A stretch of 64,000 nt of DNA from Ignavibacteriota bacterium (GTDB taxonomy: Bacteria; Bacteroidota; Ignavibacteria; UBA10030; UBA6906), in the NCBI GenBank assembly GCA_963801355.1, contig CAWDEM010000004.1, forward strand, positions 192,001 through 256,000, given 5' to 3'. The position numbers were made by a program, and so were the translations under genes. Each line of letters begins with the position of its first letter. Positions within the stretch are counted from its first letter, which is position 1. Positions 27,637-37,664 of this stretch are shown here, one piece after another. The notes below the pieces were generated by a model that did no database searches, had not been told where the DNA came from, and saw nothing but the letters and a program-made list of their open reading frames with translations.

Positions 27637-29076
27637 TGTAGATGGTGTTCCGGGTCTTGCGGGGCATCGCACGCACCGGCCTGGCTGGCAGTATGATTGG
27701 TGCAGTTCAATCGCCCCGAGGTGAAGAATTGCCGAGTCAATGGCCGTACGCCCGCGGAGCACATGCAGCTCGACGGTTCGCGTAACGCTGTTGCGCGGCG
27801 GGGTGGGCAGGGCCCCGGCCACTGCGCGCGCGTGCCGGCAGAGGACGCGGTCATTGAAGAGACGGCCGTAGAGCAACGCCATCGGCACAAGAGTATTCAT
27901 GATGATGGCATCGATGCGATGCGGCCCGAGGGCGATCGGCGTGCCGGTTCTCCTGTTCCGGAAGTGCAGGTGGCGGTCCCAGAACCCGTCGGGCGTAAAC
28001 ACAAATGCCGAGCGCAGCCTCTTCACGCGCGCGCGGGAAGGAAGTCCGGCGGAACGGAATATCTCAAGTATCCGGCGCGCGCCGGACTCGTTGAAGAGCG
28101 CCGGCAGAAGAAACACGAAGGCAGCAAGCCGGCCGGTGGGAAAATTGACCGGACGCAGACGGAAGAACAGCCATTCGGCTTCATGAAGCAGAGGGCGATG
28201 GATCTGTCGCCGGAGTTCCTTCCACCGGCGCCGCAATCGGCGCACGTACCGCACGGACGCTTGTTCCTTCACGCCGCGTGGTGAAGGCAACAGGCCCGAA
28301 GCTCCGAAAAGAATCGCCATCATAGTTTCCCTGTCCGTGAGAGACCAGCGCTGCAACAGCTTCAGCGGCACATTCTGTGCGAGCTCGCTGAACGGCTTCT
28401 TGTTCTTGACATATCCCAGTCCTTCCATAATGCCCTCATAGAGCATCTGATCCCATGCGGGTTGAGCGTTCAGCTCGCACAGTGTCCATCTCTCCGCCGT
28501 TGTGCGCTCACCCTCCGGAGCCTTTCTGTAGCAGCGTCGCTGTTCATGCACGGTCCAGTGCTCTTCCCGGAGCAGTTCGTTGAGCCGTGCCTCAAGGGTG
28601 TGCATCCGGCGCCTGATGCGCCGCCATCCGAGACGCTGCAAGATCCGGCGGAGGGATGCCGCCGGAACAGGACCGGGTTGGCGGACACATGGGGGGGTCA
28701 CCGGGGAAGGGGCGGCTGAGGGTGTTCCATCCGGAGGCAGGATGAGGATCGGGACGATCCGCTTTCCCGCCGTGTGTGTGGGCAGAAGCGTGCTGTGGCA
28801 CTCGCCCACGACGTGGAGGATGACACTGTTGTAGTGTGCGTCTGTGTCGTGATGATGTGCCGCCCAGTCACGTGCATGCAGATGCACCTCCACAGTGCCG
28901 CGATACAAGCGCCCATCGAGGCGTATCAGCCCGTCAGTGTAGTCCGGTCCGCCATCACTATTCGGTACTCCGGGCGAAAGCACAATCAGAGGGCGGCCGT
29001 CGGCAGTATACAGGAGGGAGGTCGAAAGGAGTCGTTCCCACGCGCGGCGGATGGATACTTCTGAGATTCCATCCAT
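27535..29076 (-). CDS. DUF2851 family protein
   Basis: SPGVPN..GPDY, GTVEVH, DWAAHHH..D.HYNSVILHVV, LGYVKNK.PF, RLRPVNFPT, C-terminal YC..GRCVRC; start uncertain (29076 or 29124). Confidence 0.85.
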   Translation of the reverse strand: MDGISEVSIRRAWERLLSTSLLYTADGRPLIVLSPGVPNSDGGPDYTDGLIRLDGRLYRGTVEVHLHARDWAAHHHDTDAHYNSVILHVVGECHSTLLPTHTAGKRIVPILILPPDGTPSAAPSPVTPPCVRQPGPVPAASLRRILQRLGWRRIRRRMHTLEARLNELLREEHWTVHEQRRCYRKAPEGERTTAERWTLCELNAQPAWDQMLYEGIMEGLGYVKNKKPFSELAQNVPLKLLQRWSLTDRETMMAILFGASGLLPSPRGVKEQASVRYVRRLRRRWKELRRQIHRPLLHEAEWLFFRLRPVNFPTGRLAAFVFLLPALFNESGARRILEIFRSAGLPSRARVKRLRSAFVFTPDGFWDRHLHFRNRRTGTPIALGPHRIDAIIMNTLVPMALLYGRLFNDRVLCRHARAVAGALPTPPRNSVTRTVELHVLRGRTAIDSAILHLGAIELHQSYCQPGRCVRCPARPGTPSTLERHADGHRNKRACLRIGHHPHVLDLKKERDSD

Positions 29077-29139
29077 ACTGAGGCACCATAACGATGAACA
29101 CCCTTTCGACCGGGAGATCGGCATCCGGCCGCGGGTGTG

Positions 29140-29970
29140 TTACGCGACGACGCGATATCCGTTGATCTGGTCGCGCATCGTCGATGCAGCGCTCCTGGCG
29201 GCGTGAGCGAAGTCTTCTCCGGCGGAGGCGTAGATCACGTTCCGTCCGGCGTTGATAATAGCGAGGAAGCCGTCCTTGTCGCAGCCGTACTGTACAGCCC
29301 GCCTGAGATCGCCCCCCTGTGCCCCGACGCCGGGGATGAGCAGGGGAAGCCGGGGTGCGAGTGACCGGATGCGTTTCAATTGGGACGGCCGGGTTGCCCC
29401 GGCGACGAGGCCGAGGTTTCCTTGCGTGTTCCACCGTTTGACGCGTGCGATCACCTGCTCGTAGAGCGGTTTTCCGGCGCTTTTCAGGTACTGAAGATCT
29501 CTCGCCCCCGGGTTTGAGGTGAGTGCGAGCACAAAGACGCCGTGCCAGGCGGAACGGAAAAATGGTTCGAGGGAATCGCGGCCCATATACGGATGCACGG
29601 TGGACGCGTCGAAGCGCAATTCGTTCACGAGGGCGCGCGCATAGAGTTCTGAAGAATTTCCGATATCTCCCCGCTTGCCGTCAGCGATGGCAATAACAGA
29701 CGCGGGGATATGCTCCCGTGTCTTGTGCAGCACCGTCCATCCCTGTTCGCCGAGTGCCTCATAGAACGCCAGATTCAATTTGTACGCGCATGCAAGATCA
29801 TGCGTGGCATCGATCAGCCGTTTATTGAACTCAAGGACACCTTCGGGAGTCCGGGGGAGATGTGCGGGAAGTCTCGCGATGTCAGTGTCGAGGCCGATAC
29901 AGAGAAGAGAACGCTGCGAGCCCTGCAGTGCACGGAGGCGCTCGGTAAAAGGTGTCACGGTGTTTTCCAT
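29140..29970 (-). CDS. pyrF: Orotidine-5'-phosphate decarboxylase (type 2)
   Basis: LCIGLD, YKLNLAFYE, DGKRGDIGNS, TSNPG, LIPGVGAQGG. Confidence 0.96.
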   Translation of the reverse strand: MENTVTPFTERLRALQGSQRSLLCIGLDTDIARLPAHLPRTPEGVLEFNKRLIDATHDLACAYKLNLAFYEALGEQGWTVLHKTREHIPASVIAIADGKRGDIGNSSELYARALVNELRFDASTVHPYMGRDSLEPFFRSAWHGVFVLALTSNPGARDLQYLKSAGKPLYEQVIARVKRWNTQGNLGLVAGATRPSQLKRIRSLAPRLPLLIPGVGAQGGDLRRAVQYGCDKDGFLAIINAGRNVIYASAGEDFAHAARSAASTMRDQINGYRVVA

Positions 29971-30803
29971 CGTTGTTTTTCCTCTTCTGTCAGCAGTTCA
30001 TTCATGGAGCCGGTGCGGTATCCTTGCAGGTCAAGCGTGACATACGTGAACCCGAGTTGTTTGAAGCGTGCGATAAGTTCGCCGCGCAGGGGTTCTTTGA
30101 TCAGACGTTCAATCTCTGTGGGATCCACTTCCACACGTGCCGTGCTGGCGTCGTGGAAGCGCACCCGGAAGCGACGAAAACCGTTGTCGCGGAGAAAAGT
30201 CTCGGCGGCGTCAACCCGGTTCAGGTTTTCACGAAGAATGGGAGTGCCGTAAGGGAAGCGGGACGAGAGACAGGCAAATGACGGCTTGTCCCAGGTAGAC
30301 AGACCCAGATGGCGGGAGAGCTCCCGGACGTCGGCTTTCGAAAAGCCTGCTTCCAGCAACGGCGAGCGGACCTCCCCCTCGGAGCGGGCCCGCATACCGG
30401 GCCGGAAGTCGCCAAGGTCATCTGTGATGGTTCCGTCAGCGATCCAGAGAATGCCTTCCCGTCGGGCAATATCACGGAGCTTGCCGAACAGCTCCGTTTT
30501 GCAGTAATAGCATCGGTCCGGAGGGTTTTCCTGGAACTTGAGCTCATCGGTCTCTTCCGTGCGCACAATTTCGTATCGTGCGCCGATGGTCCGGGCCAGG
30601 GCAAGTGCCTCTTCGAATTCCCGGGTCGGGTATGTTTCCGAGCGGCCGATCATTGCCAGGGTTTTTCCGCCGAGCTGATCGACTGCAACTTTCAGCAGAA
30701 GCGTGCTGTCCACTCCGCCGGAATATCCGATGACCAGACTCTGCATGTCATCCAGGATGCGCCGCAGGGCGCCATATTTTTCCTCGAGTGCCGGGTTGAG
30801 CAT
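29955..30803 (-). CDS. larE: ATP-dependent sulfur transferase LarE (PP-loop)
   Basis: SGGVDS PP-loop, NPPDRCYYCK, DDLGDFRPG, WDKPSFACLSSRFPYG, LDLQGYRTGSMN. Confidence 0.93.
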   Translation of the reverse strand: MLNPALEEKYGALRRILDDMQSLVIGYSGGVDSTLLLKVAVDQLGGKTLAMIGRSETYPTREFEEALALARTIGARYEIVRTEETDELKFQENPPDRCYYCKTELFGKLRDIARREGILWIADGTITDDLGDFRPGMRARSEGEVRSPLLEAGFSKADVRELSRHLGLSTWDKPSFACLSSRFPYGTPILRENLNRVDAAETFLRDNGFRRFRVRFHDASTARVEVDPTEIERLIKEPLRGELIARFKQLGFTYVTLDLQGYRTGSMNELLTEEEKQRWKTP

Positions 30804-30820
30804 GTTGCATCCATCCGTGT

Positions 30821-30860
30821 GAACGAAACGACCTCGCCCCACCGAGGCGGAGCGAGGTCG
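30821..30860 (-). terminator. Probable intrinsic terminator after the TPR gene
   Basis: 9-bp stem CGACCTCGC/GCGAGGTCG followed on the minus strand by TTTCGTTC. Confidence 0.55.
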
Positions 30861-30882
30861 GCGGTCGACGCCGTTGCGCCGC

Positions 30883-32304
30883 CTACTTCCGCAGGAGATT
30901 CTTAAATTCTTTCATTGTCTTGACCCCGGGGAATTCGCGCTCGAAATCCTTGCGCATGTTCGGATCAAGACGGAATGAGCTTTTCAGAGATTCTACTGCT
31001 TCAAAGTTGCGGTTCAGTACCATGAGTACTTTGGCCCGCAGATAGAACGATTCAGCCGACTTGGGGTTCACATCCACAGAACGGTCAAAGGCTTTGAGTG
31101 CCTGGCGAAAATACCCCAGCTCAAAGAGCGTCTCGCCGTAATCAAGCCACGCCTCAAAGTTGCGGGGATCAAGCCGGGTCACCATCCGGTAGCTCACGAG
31201 CGATTCACGGAGCTTTCCCATATTGTACAGGAGATCGGCCTTCGCGTACCAGAGTTCGGGATATTCCCGGTAGAGCGCGATCGCTTTGTTGTAGTCCGCC
31301 AGCGCCCGGCGAAAGTCCTCCATGGCGTCATAGCAGCTGCCGCGGCCGAAATAGGACTCATAATGGGTGTCGTCAAGCTTGATGGCCTGTGTAAAGCTAT
31401 TGATGGCATGCGTATATTCGGCAAGCTCTTCGTAAGCGTTCCCGAGGTTGTGCCAGGCGGGCAGGTCCCGGGGCTCAAGACGGAGTGTCTCCTGGTAGCA
31501 CTCGACAGCATCGTGCAGGCGGCCCAGGTTTGCCAGGGCATTCCCCTTGTTATACCAGGCCGCAGGAAAGTCCTCACGAATTGCCAGAGCGGTGTCGTAA
31601 CTCTCTAGAGCCCTGTGGAATTGGCCGATCCGGCTCAGGACGATACCGCGGTTGTACCAGGCGTTGAAATTGTAGGGGTCACGGTCGATATGCTCGTCAT
31701 AGCACCGCAGCGAGTCTTCAAGCTGGTCCAGATAGTCATAGCAGTATCCCAGCTCGTACCATGCTTCACGGTGGTCGGGGTTTCCATCCAGGATGAACCG
31801 CAGGATTTGGGCGGCATCATCGTATTTTTCCATCTTTTCGAGCGTAACGGCCTTATTGAAAAGAGCTTCCCCATTGGTCGGTTCGATGTCAAGGGCCCGG
31901 TTGTAGCTAGCGATGGCCTCCTCGAGTCTCCCCAGCTCGTCCAGAGCAATCCCGCGGTTGACAAGGATCTCCGTGTCCACCGGGTTCAGGTTCAGTGCCG
32001 TGGTGAAGGCGTCGAGGGCTTCGGCGGAGCGGTTCAGATTTGAAAGGATGAGCCCCTTGCGCTGCCAGGTATCGGCGCTGTACGGAATATGCACAAGCAT
32101 CCGGTCAACGAAACGGAGTGCTTCTTCGTATCGTCCGTTGTCGAAGTAGAAATTGACGATTTCGTCGAGCGCTTCGAGGTTGGTGATATCAGCTGAACCG
32201 TCACCGAGCAGATCTTTGTACTTCCTCAGCTCGTCTTCAAAACGGTCCGCTTTCCCCTCCTCGCCCTCTTCATCGTCGAGACCGCCGTTGTCCAGAATGC
32301 TCAT
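30883..32304 (-). CDS. Cytoplasmic tetratricopeptide repeat protein
   Basis: Acidic N-terminus, then ~12 regular 34-aa TPRs (AWYNRG, AWYNKG, AWHNLG); start uncertain (32304 or 32325). Confidence 0.9.
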   Translation of the reverse strand: MSILDNGGLDDEEGEEGKADRFEDELRKYKDLLGDGSADITNLEALDEIVNFYFDNGRYEEALRFVDRMLVHIPYSADTWQRKGLILSNLNRSAEALDAFTTALNLNPVDTEILVNRGIALDELGRLEEAIASYNRALDIEPTNGEALFNKAVTLEKMEKYDDAAQILRFILDGNPDHREAWYELGYCYDYLDQLEDSLRCYDEHIDRDPYNFNAWYNRGIVLSRIGQFHRALESYDTALAIREDFPAAWYNKGNALANLGRLHDAVECYQETLRLEPRDLPAWHNLGNAYEELAEYTHAINSFTQAIKLDDTHYESYFGRGSCYDAMEDFRRALADYNKAIALYREYPELWYAKADLLYNMGKLRESLVSYRMVTRLDPRNFEAWLDYGETLFELGYFRQALKAFDRSVDVNPKSAESFYLRAKVLMVLNRNFEAVESLKSSFRLDPNMRKDFEREFPGVKTMKEFKNLLRK

Positions 32305-32368
32305 TACCGCTCCATTGGAGGACATCCTCAGGGGTAATAAGTTCAAAAAACTGCGTGAAGTCAATAGA

Positions 32369-32397
32369 TTGATTTTGAGGGCCCACAGCCGTATATT
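32369..32397 (+). promoter_or_regulatory. Putative sigma70 promoter of the yggS-ileS operon
   Basis: TTGATT-17 nt-TATATT. Confidence 0.6.
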
Positions 32398-32413
32398 TAT
32401 GTCTTAGTTTTCA

Positions 32414-33109
32414 ATGATTTCCACGAATATTGACACATTGCGGGAACGCATTGCCGCCGCCAGCCGCCGGTCGGGCCGCCGGCCGGAGGATGTGACCCTT
32501 GTCGCGGTTGCCAAGACATTCCCGGCGGAGCGGGTCGATGAAGCGGTCCGCGCCGGCGTCGTGGACATCGGTGAGAATTATGTGCAGGAGTTGCTCGGCA
32601 AGCGCGCAGCACTCGCTGCCCGGGATATCCGCTGGCACTTTGTAGGTCATCTGCAGTCGAACAAAGTGCGCCAGATTGCAGAGTGGATACATCTTGTGCA
32701 TGCGCTGGACAGTGCATCGGTTGCGCGGGAGCTCGACGGCCGGGCAGCGCGGGCCGGGAGGACTCTTGAGGCCCTTGTCGAAGTGAATACCACGGGGGAG
32801 CAGACGAAGTTCGGCCTGCAGCCCGGAAGAGTTGCCGGATTCATCCGGTCGCTTGAGCCCCTGGCACACATCCGCATCGGCGGGTTGATGACTATCGGTC
32901 CATTTCTTCCCGATCCGGAAGGATCACGGCCGATGTTCCGCATGTTGCGGCTTCTGCGGGACGAAATCGCCCGGACGCCGCAGGCAAACGTGGACCTGCA
33001 TCACCTGTCCATGGGCATGACAGGCGACTTTGAAGTGGCCATTGAAGAAGGGGCGACACTTGTGCGTATCGGCACCGCAATCTTCGGATCGCGGAAAAAG
33101 CCTGGATAG
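32414..33109 (+). CDS. yggS: PLP homeostasis protein YggS
   Basis: LVAVAK, GENYVQE, WHFVGHLQSNK, LSMGMTGDF, VRIGTAIFG. Confidence 0.96.
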   Translation: MISTNIDTLRERIAAASRRSGRRPEDVTLVAVAKTFPAERVDEAVRAGVVDIGENYVQELLGKRAALAARDIRWHFVGHLQSNKVRQIAEWIHLVHALDSASVARELDGRAARAGRTLEALVEVNTTGEQTKFGLQPGRVAGFIRSLEPLAHIRIGGLMTIGPFLPDPEGSRPMFRMLRLLRDEIARTPQANVDLHHLSMGMTGDFEVAIEEGATLVRIGTAIFGSRKKPG

Positions 33110-33121
33110 GCGGAGGACCAA

Positions 33122-33670
33122 ATGAAACTGACACCGCTGGACATTCGCAAGCAGGAATTCAAACGCGTGATGCGCGGCTATGACCCCGTGGAGGTCGATA
33201 CCTTCATGGACGTGATGGCCAACGAGTTTGAGGAAGTCCTCAAGTCCCAGAAGGAAATGCGCGACCGTCTTGTCGAACTGGATGTGCAGCTGAGAGATTA
33301 CCGCCAGATTGAAAAGACTCTGCAGCAGACGCTCCTGCAGGCCCAGGAGACAACGGGGAAGACGTACGAAGCCGCCCGCAAGGAAGCGGAACTTATTGTC
33401 CGGGAGGCCGAGCAGAAAGGTGCGCGGATTGTGGAGCAGGCACATGACGAACACGCGCGCGTGAAGAATGAGATCGTTCAGCTCACCAGCCGGAAGGAAA
33501 CCCTGATCCAGCAGCTCCGCGTCGTGCTGAGCGCAGAGCTCGACTTGCTGAAGTCGCTTGAGCTGGGCACCGCGGAAGGGCTTGTCACGCCGTCCCCGGT
33601 CGGTACGGGAAAGACTTCCATTGATCTGGACGCGATCGCAAAGACACTGGACCATGATACAACTGCGTAA
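33122..33670 (+). CDS. divIVA: DivIVA domain protein
   Basis: [28 protein letters not shown] signature followed by a coiled coil. Confidence 0.92.
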   Translation: MKLTPLDIRKQEFKRVMRGYDPVEVDTFMDVMANEFEEVLKSQKEMRDRLVELDVQLRDYRQIEKTLQQTLLQAQETTGKTYEAARKEAELIVREAEQKGARIVEQAHDEHARVKNEIVQLTSRKETLIQQLRVVLSAELDLLKSLELGTAEGLVTPSPVGTGKTSIDLDAIAKTLDHDTTA

Positions 33671-34484
33671 GCTCATTGACGAAACGATAGCGTTCCTGCG
33701 GACCAGAACCGCGGCGACGCCGGGAATCGGCATCATTCTTGGCACCGGTCTCGGCGGGCTGGTCAAGGAAATCGCTATTGAAACCGTGATTGACTATACG
33801 GAGATTCCGCACTTTCCGCTTTCCACAGTGGAATCCCATCACGGCAAGCTGATCTTCGGGCGGCTCGGGGGAAAGAGCGTTGTCGCGATGCAGGGACGCT
33901 TTCACTACTACGAAGGGTACACCATGCAGCAGGTGACCTTTCCCGTGCGCGTGATGAAGTTCCTCGGCGTGCACACGCTGCTGGTCTCCAATGCCGCCGG
34001 CGGGATGAACCCACAGTTCCGCAGGGGAAGCCTGATGATCATCACGGATCATATCAACCTCCTGGGCGATAACCCGTTGATCGGACCGAACGATGAGACC
34101 CTCGGCCCGCGTTTTCCGGATATGTCGGAACCGTACAGCAGGAAACTGATCGCACTTGCGGAGCACGTGGCGCTGGATCTCAAGATCCGTACGGAACGCG
34201 GTGTCTTCGTGGCGGTTCCCGGACCGAACCTTGAAACGCGTGCCGAATACCGGTTCCTGCGGTTGATCGGGGCCGATGCCGTGGGAATGTCGACCGTGCC
34301 GGAAACTATCGTTGCAAACCATATGGGGCTGGCCGTGCTGGGTTTTTCCATCATCACGGACGAATGTTTCCCCGATGCACTCCAGCCCGCGAACGTTGAG
34401 GAAATAATCACTGTCGCCGGATCCACGGAGCCGAAGTTGACAGCAATCATGAAGGGCGTCGTCGAACGGCTCCCTGCTCTCTAA
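33654..34484 (+). CDS. punA: Purine-nucleoside phosphorylase (trimeric type)
   Basis: [40 protein letters not shown]. Confidence 0.95.
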   Translation: MIQLRKLIDETIAFLRTRTAATPGIGIILGTGLGGLVKEIAIETVIDYTEIPHFPLSTVESHHGKLIFGRLGGKSVVAMQGRFHYYEGYTMQQVTFPVRVMKFLGVHTLLVSNAAGGMNPQFRRGSLMIITDHINLLGDNPLIGPNDETLGPRFPDMSEPYSRKLIALAEHVALDLKIRTERGVFVAVPGPNLETRAEYRFLRLIGADAVGMSTVPETIVANHMGLAVLGFSIITDECFPDALQPANVEEIITVAGSTEPKLTAIMKGVVERLPAL

Positions 34485-34497
34485 AGGACAGTACCGC

Positions 34498-37400
34498 GTG
34501 TTCAAAGAGTTAAGCGAACGGGTGTCGTACCCTGCTATCGAGAAAGAGATCCTGGCGTTCTGGAAAGAACGCGGGATCTTCGAGAAGAGCATCACGACCC
34601 GTCATGGCGGACCGGGCTTCATCTTCTTTGAAGGCCCTCCAACCGCCAACGGTCGTCCGGGTATCCATCATGTCATGTCGCGCACACTGAAAGACCTTGT
34701 GTGCCGCTACAAGACCATGCGTGGATATCAGGTGCACCGGAAAGCCGGCTGGGATACGCATGGTCTGCCGGTGGAAATCGAGGTCGAAAAGCAGCTGGGC
34801 TTCAAGCATAAGGAAGATATTGTCCGCTATGGGGTCGCCGCGTTCAACCAGAAATGCCGCGAGTCAGTCTGGAAATACAAGACCGACTGGGAACGCATGA
34901 CCGAAGAAATGGGGTACTGGGTGGATCTCCAGCACCCCTACGTGACATTTACGAACGAATACATTGAATCCATCTGGTGGGCTCTCCAGCGGATCTACGA
35001 CGAAGGCATGATGTACAAGGGGTACAAGATCCAGCCCTACTGTCCGCGTTGTGAGACACCGCTTTCGTCGCACGAGGTTTCCCTCGGTTATGAGGATGTC
35101 AAAGACCCGAGCGTGTACGTTCGCATGCGGCTCACGGGTGCGCCCGATACTGCGTTTCTGGTCTGGACGACCACACCCTGGACGCTCATCGCGAACGTTG
35201 CACTCGCTGTTGCAGCCGACGTCACCTATGTCACGGTGGAGCACAAAGGCGAAAAACTGATTCTTGCCGAGGCACGGCTTCCGGTGCTCGAGGGAGAGTA
35301 CACCATTCTGGAGAGGCACACAGGCCACGAACTTGCCGGACTGGAATACGAGCGGTTGTTTTCCTACCACGCCGTTGACCGCAAGGGATTCTTTGTGATC
35401 GAAGCTGATTTTGTCACCATCGAAGACGGCACCGGCATCGTCCATATGGCGCCCGCGTACGGTGAAGATGACTACCAGGCCGGCCGGAAATACAATCTCC
35501 CCGTGCTTCATCCGGTCAACCGCAGCGGCGAGTTTGGTCCCGAAGTCACTGACTTCTCCGGACTATTTGTCAAGGATGCCGATCCCCTGATCATCCGGAA
35601 CCTGAAAGAGCGCGGTCTCCTGTATAAGAAGGAAACGATCACCCACAGCTATCCACACTGCTGGCGCTGCAAGACACCCCTGCTCTACTACGCGCGCGAG
35701 TCGTGGTATATCAGCACAACGAAATTTGCCGACCGGATGATTGCGTTGAACAAACAGATCAACTGGGTGCCGCCGGAAGTCGGTGAGGGACGGTTCGGCA
35801 ACTGGCTGGAAGAGAACAAAGACTGGGCGCTGTCGCGCGACCGGTTCTGGGGGACACCGCTGCCGATCTGGATTTGCGAGAAGTGCAAAACACAAAAGTG
35901 TATCGGAAGCATCGCCGCACTCCGGCAGGGCAACAACGTGCAGGAACCGCTTGACCTTCACAAGCCGTTTGTGGATGAGGTCACGTTTGACTGCTCGTGC
36001 GGGGGGACGATGCGCCGCACACCCGAGTTGATTGACGCATGGTTTGATTCCGGCGCGATGCCGTTCGCACAGTGGCATTACCCCTTCGAAAACAGGGAAC
36101 GGGTTGACAGCGGCGAACAGTACCCCGCGGATTTCATATGCGAAGGGGTCGATCAAACGCGGGGATGGTTCTACTCATTGCATGCCATCGGCACATTCCT
36201 GTTTGATAAGCCGGCCTACAAGAACATTCTGGTCAACGAGCTGATCCTCGACAAGGACGGCCAGAAGATGTCGAAATCCCGGGGCAACACGGTGGATCCG
36301 TTTGACATCATGGCCCGGTTCGGCGCAGACACCACCCGCTGGTACCTGGTGACCTCCAGTCCGCCCTGGCGCCCGACGATGTTTGATACCGAGGGACTCG
36401 TTGATGTGCAACGCCGGTTCTTCGGGACGCTGGTGAACACCTATGCATTCTTCGCGATGTATGCGAATATCGACCGGCTGACCTGGAAAGAAGCCGAGGT
36501 GCCGGTTGCAGAGCGACCGGAGATTGACCGGTGGATACTTTCCGAGCTGCATTCATTGCTCCTGCGATACCGCGGCTTCATGGATGCCTACGAGGTCACG
36601 AAAGCCGCACGCAGTGTCAGTGACTTCACGATCGATGCCCTCTCGAACTGGTATGTCCGCAGAAACCGCCGGAGGTTCTGGAAGAGCGAGATGGGGCGCG
36701 ACAAAGTGGCGGCCTATCAGACGCTCTGCACCTGCCTTGAGAGCGTGGCGAAACTCATGGCCCCGTTCGCTCCGTTCCTGGCCGAAGAGATTTTCCGCAA
36801 TCTCAACAGCGTCACCGGTCACGAAGACGTGGAGTCGGTGCATCTGTCCGCCATTCCGGAACCGGATTCCTCCATGATCGACCGGGCGTTGGAAGAACGC
36901 ATGGCGCGCGCCCAACGCATTGTCATGCTGGTACGCGCAATGCGGATGAAAGCCAATCTCAAGGTACGGCAGCCGCTGCGTCAGATCATACTGCCGGTGC
37001 CCGAAGGGCCCGAGCGCGACAATATCAACTCCGTGCGGGAGATCATCCTTGACGAAATCAACGTGAAGACGATCACGTACGTGAGCGACGAGTCGGGCAT
37101 CGTCCAGAAAAAAGCAAAACCGAACTTCAAGACGCTGGGCCCAAAATTCGGCAAGTCGGTACAGAAGGTTGCCGCCCGGATCAAGGATATGACCGGTACG
37201 GAAATCTCCGCGCTGGAACACGATGGCGGGGTGGCGCTCAGCGCCGGGGACGAGGAGTGGACGATCGCCACCGGTGACGTGGAGATTATCCGCGAGGACA
37301 TTCAGGGCTGGGTGGTGGAATCGGATGGCGGCCTGACCGTGGCCCTGGACACGCGGCTTGACGAGGAGCTCGTTGCCGAAGGCGATGCGCGGGAATTCAT

Positions 37401-37638
37401 CAACCGCATTCAGAACATGCGTAAAGATGCAGGATTCGACGTTACCGATCGCATCACGATCGTCTACACGGCCACCGCGCTCCTCCAGGCACGCCTGGAG
37501 AGACAGAGGTCCGTGATTACGCGGGAAACGCTGGCCGATGACTTCCGCACGGGTCCGGCCGTCGGCGAGCGCACCGCGAAACAGGATATTAATGGCGAGG
37601 AGGCGGACGTGACAATTACCCGCGTTCGCCGTGGTTAG
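34498..37638 (+). CDS. ileS: Isoleucine--tRNA ligase, type 2
   Basis: EGPPTANG.PGIHH, GWDTHGLPVE, WTTTPWTL, KMSKS, long type-2 C-terminus. Confidence 0.98.
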   Translation: MFKELSERVSYPAIEKEILAFWKERGIFEKSITTRHGGPGFIFFEGPPTANGRPGIHHVMSRTLKDLVCRYKTMRGYQVHRKAGWDTHGLPVEIEVEKQLGFKHKEDIVRYGVAAFNQKCRESVWKYKTDWERMTEEMGYWVDLQHPYVTFTNEYIESIWWALQRIYDEGMMYKGYKIQPYCPRCETPLSSHEVSLGYEDVKDPSVYVRMRLTGAPDTAFLVWTTTPWTLIANVALAVAADVTYVTVEHKGEKLILAEARLPVLEGEYTILERHTGHELAGLEYERLFSYHAVDRKGFFVIEADFVTIEDGTGIVHMAPAYGEDDYQAGRKYNLPVLHPVNRSGEFGPEVTDFSGLFVKDADPLIIRNLKERGLLYKKETITHSYPHCWRCKTPLLYYARESWYISTTKFADRMIALNKQINWVPPEVGEGRFGNWLEENKDWALSRDRFWGTPLPIWICEKCKTQKCIGSIAALRQGNNVQEPLDLHKPFVDEVTFDCSCGGTMRRTPELIDAWFDSGAMPFAQWHYPFENRERVDSGEQYPADFICEGVDQTRGWFYSLHAIGTFLFDKPAYKNILVNELILDKDGQKMSKSRGNTVDPFDIMARFGADTTRWYLVTSSPPWRPTMFDTEGLVDVQRRFFGTLVNTYAFFAMYANIDRLTWKEAEVPVAERPEIDRWILSELHSLLLRYRGFMDAYEVTKAARSVSDFTIDALSNWYVRRNRRRFWKSEMGRDKVAAYQTLCTCLESVAKLMAPFAPFLAEEIFRNLNSVTGHEDVESVHLSAIPEPDSSMIDRALEERMARAQRIVMLVRAMRMKANLKVRQPLRQIILPVPEGPERDNINSVREIILDEINVKTITYVSDESGIVQKKAKPNFKTLGPKFGKSVQKVAARIKDMTGTEISALEHDGGVALSAGDEEWTIATGDVEIIREDIQGWVVESDGGLTVALDTRLDEELVAEGDAREFINRIQNMRKDAGFDVTDRITIVYTATALLQARLERQRSVITRETLADDFRTGPAVGERTAKQDINGEEADVTITRVRRG

Positions 37639-37664
37639 TCAACTTCAGAGGGAGTAGAACAGGC

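Noticed and set aside
33122-33670. DivIVA in a diderm as a novelty or horizontal transfer
   Set aside because: The yggS-divIVA-ileS-lspA-rluD order is an old, widespread arrangement; no compositional anomaly seen
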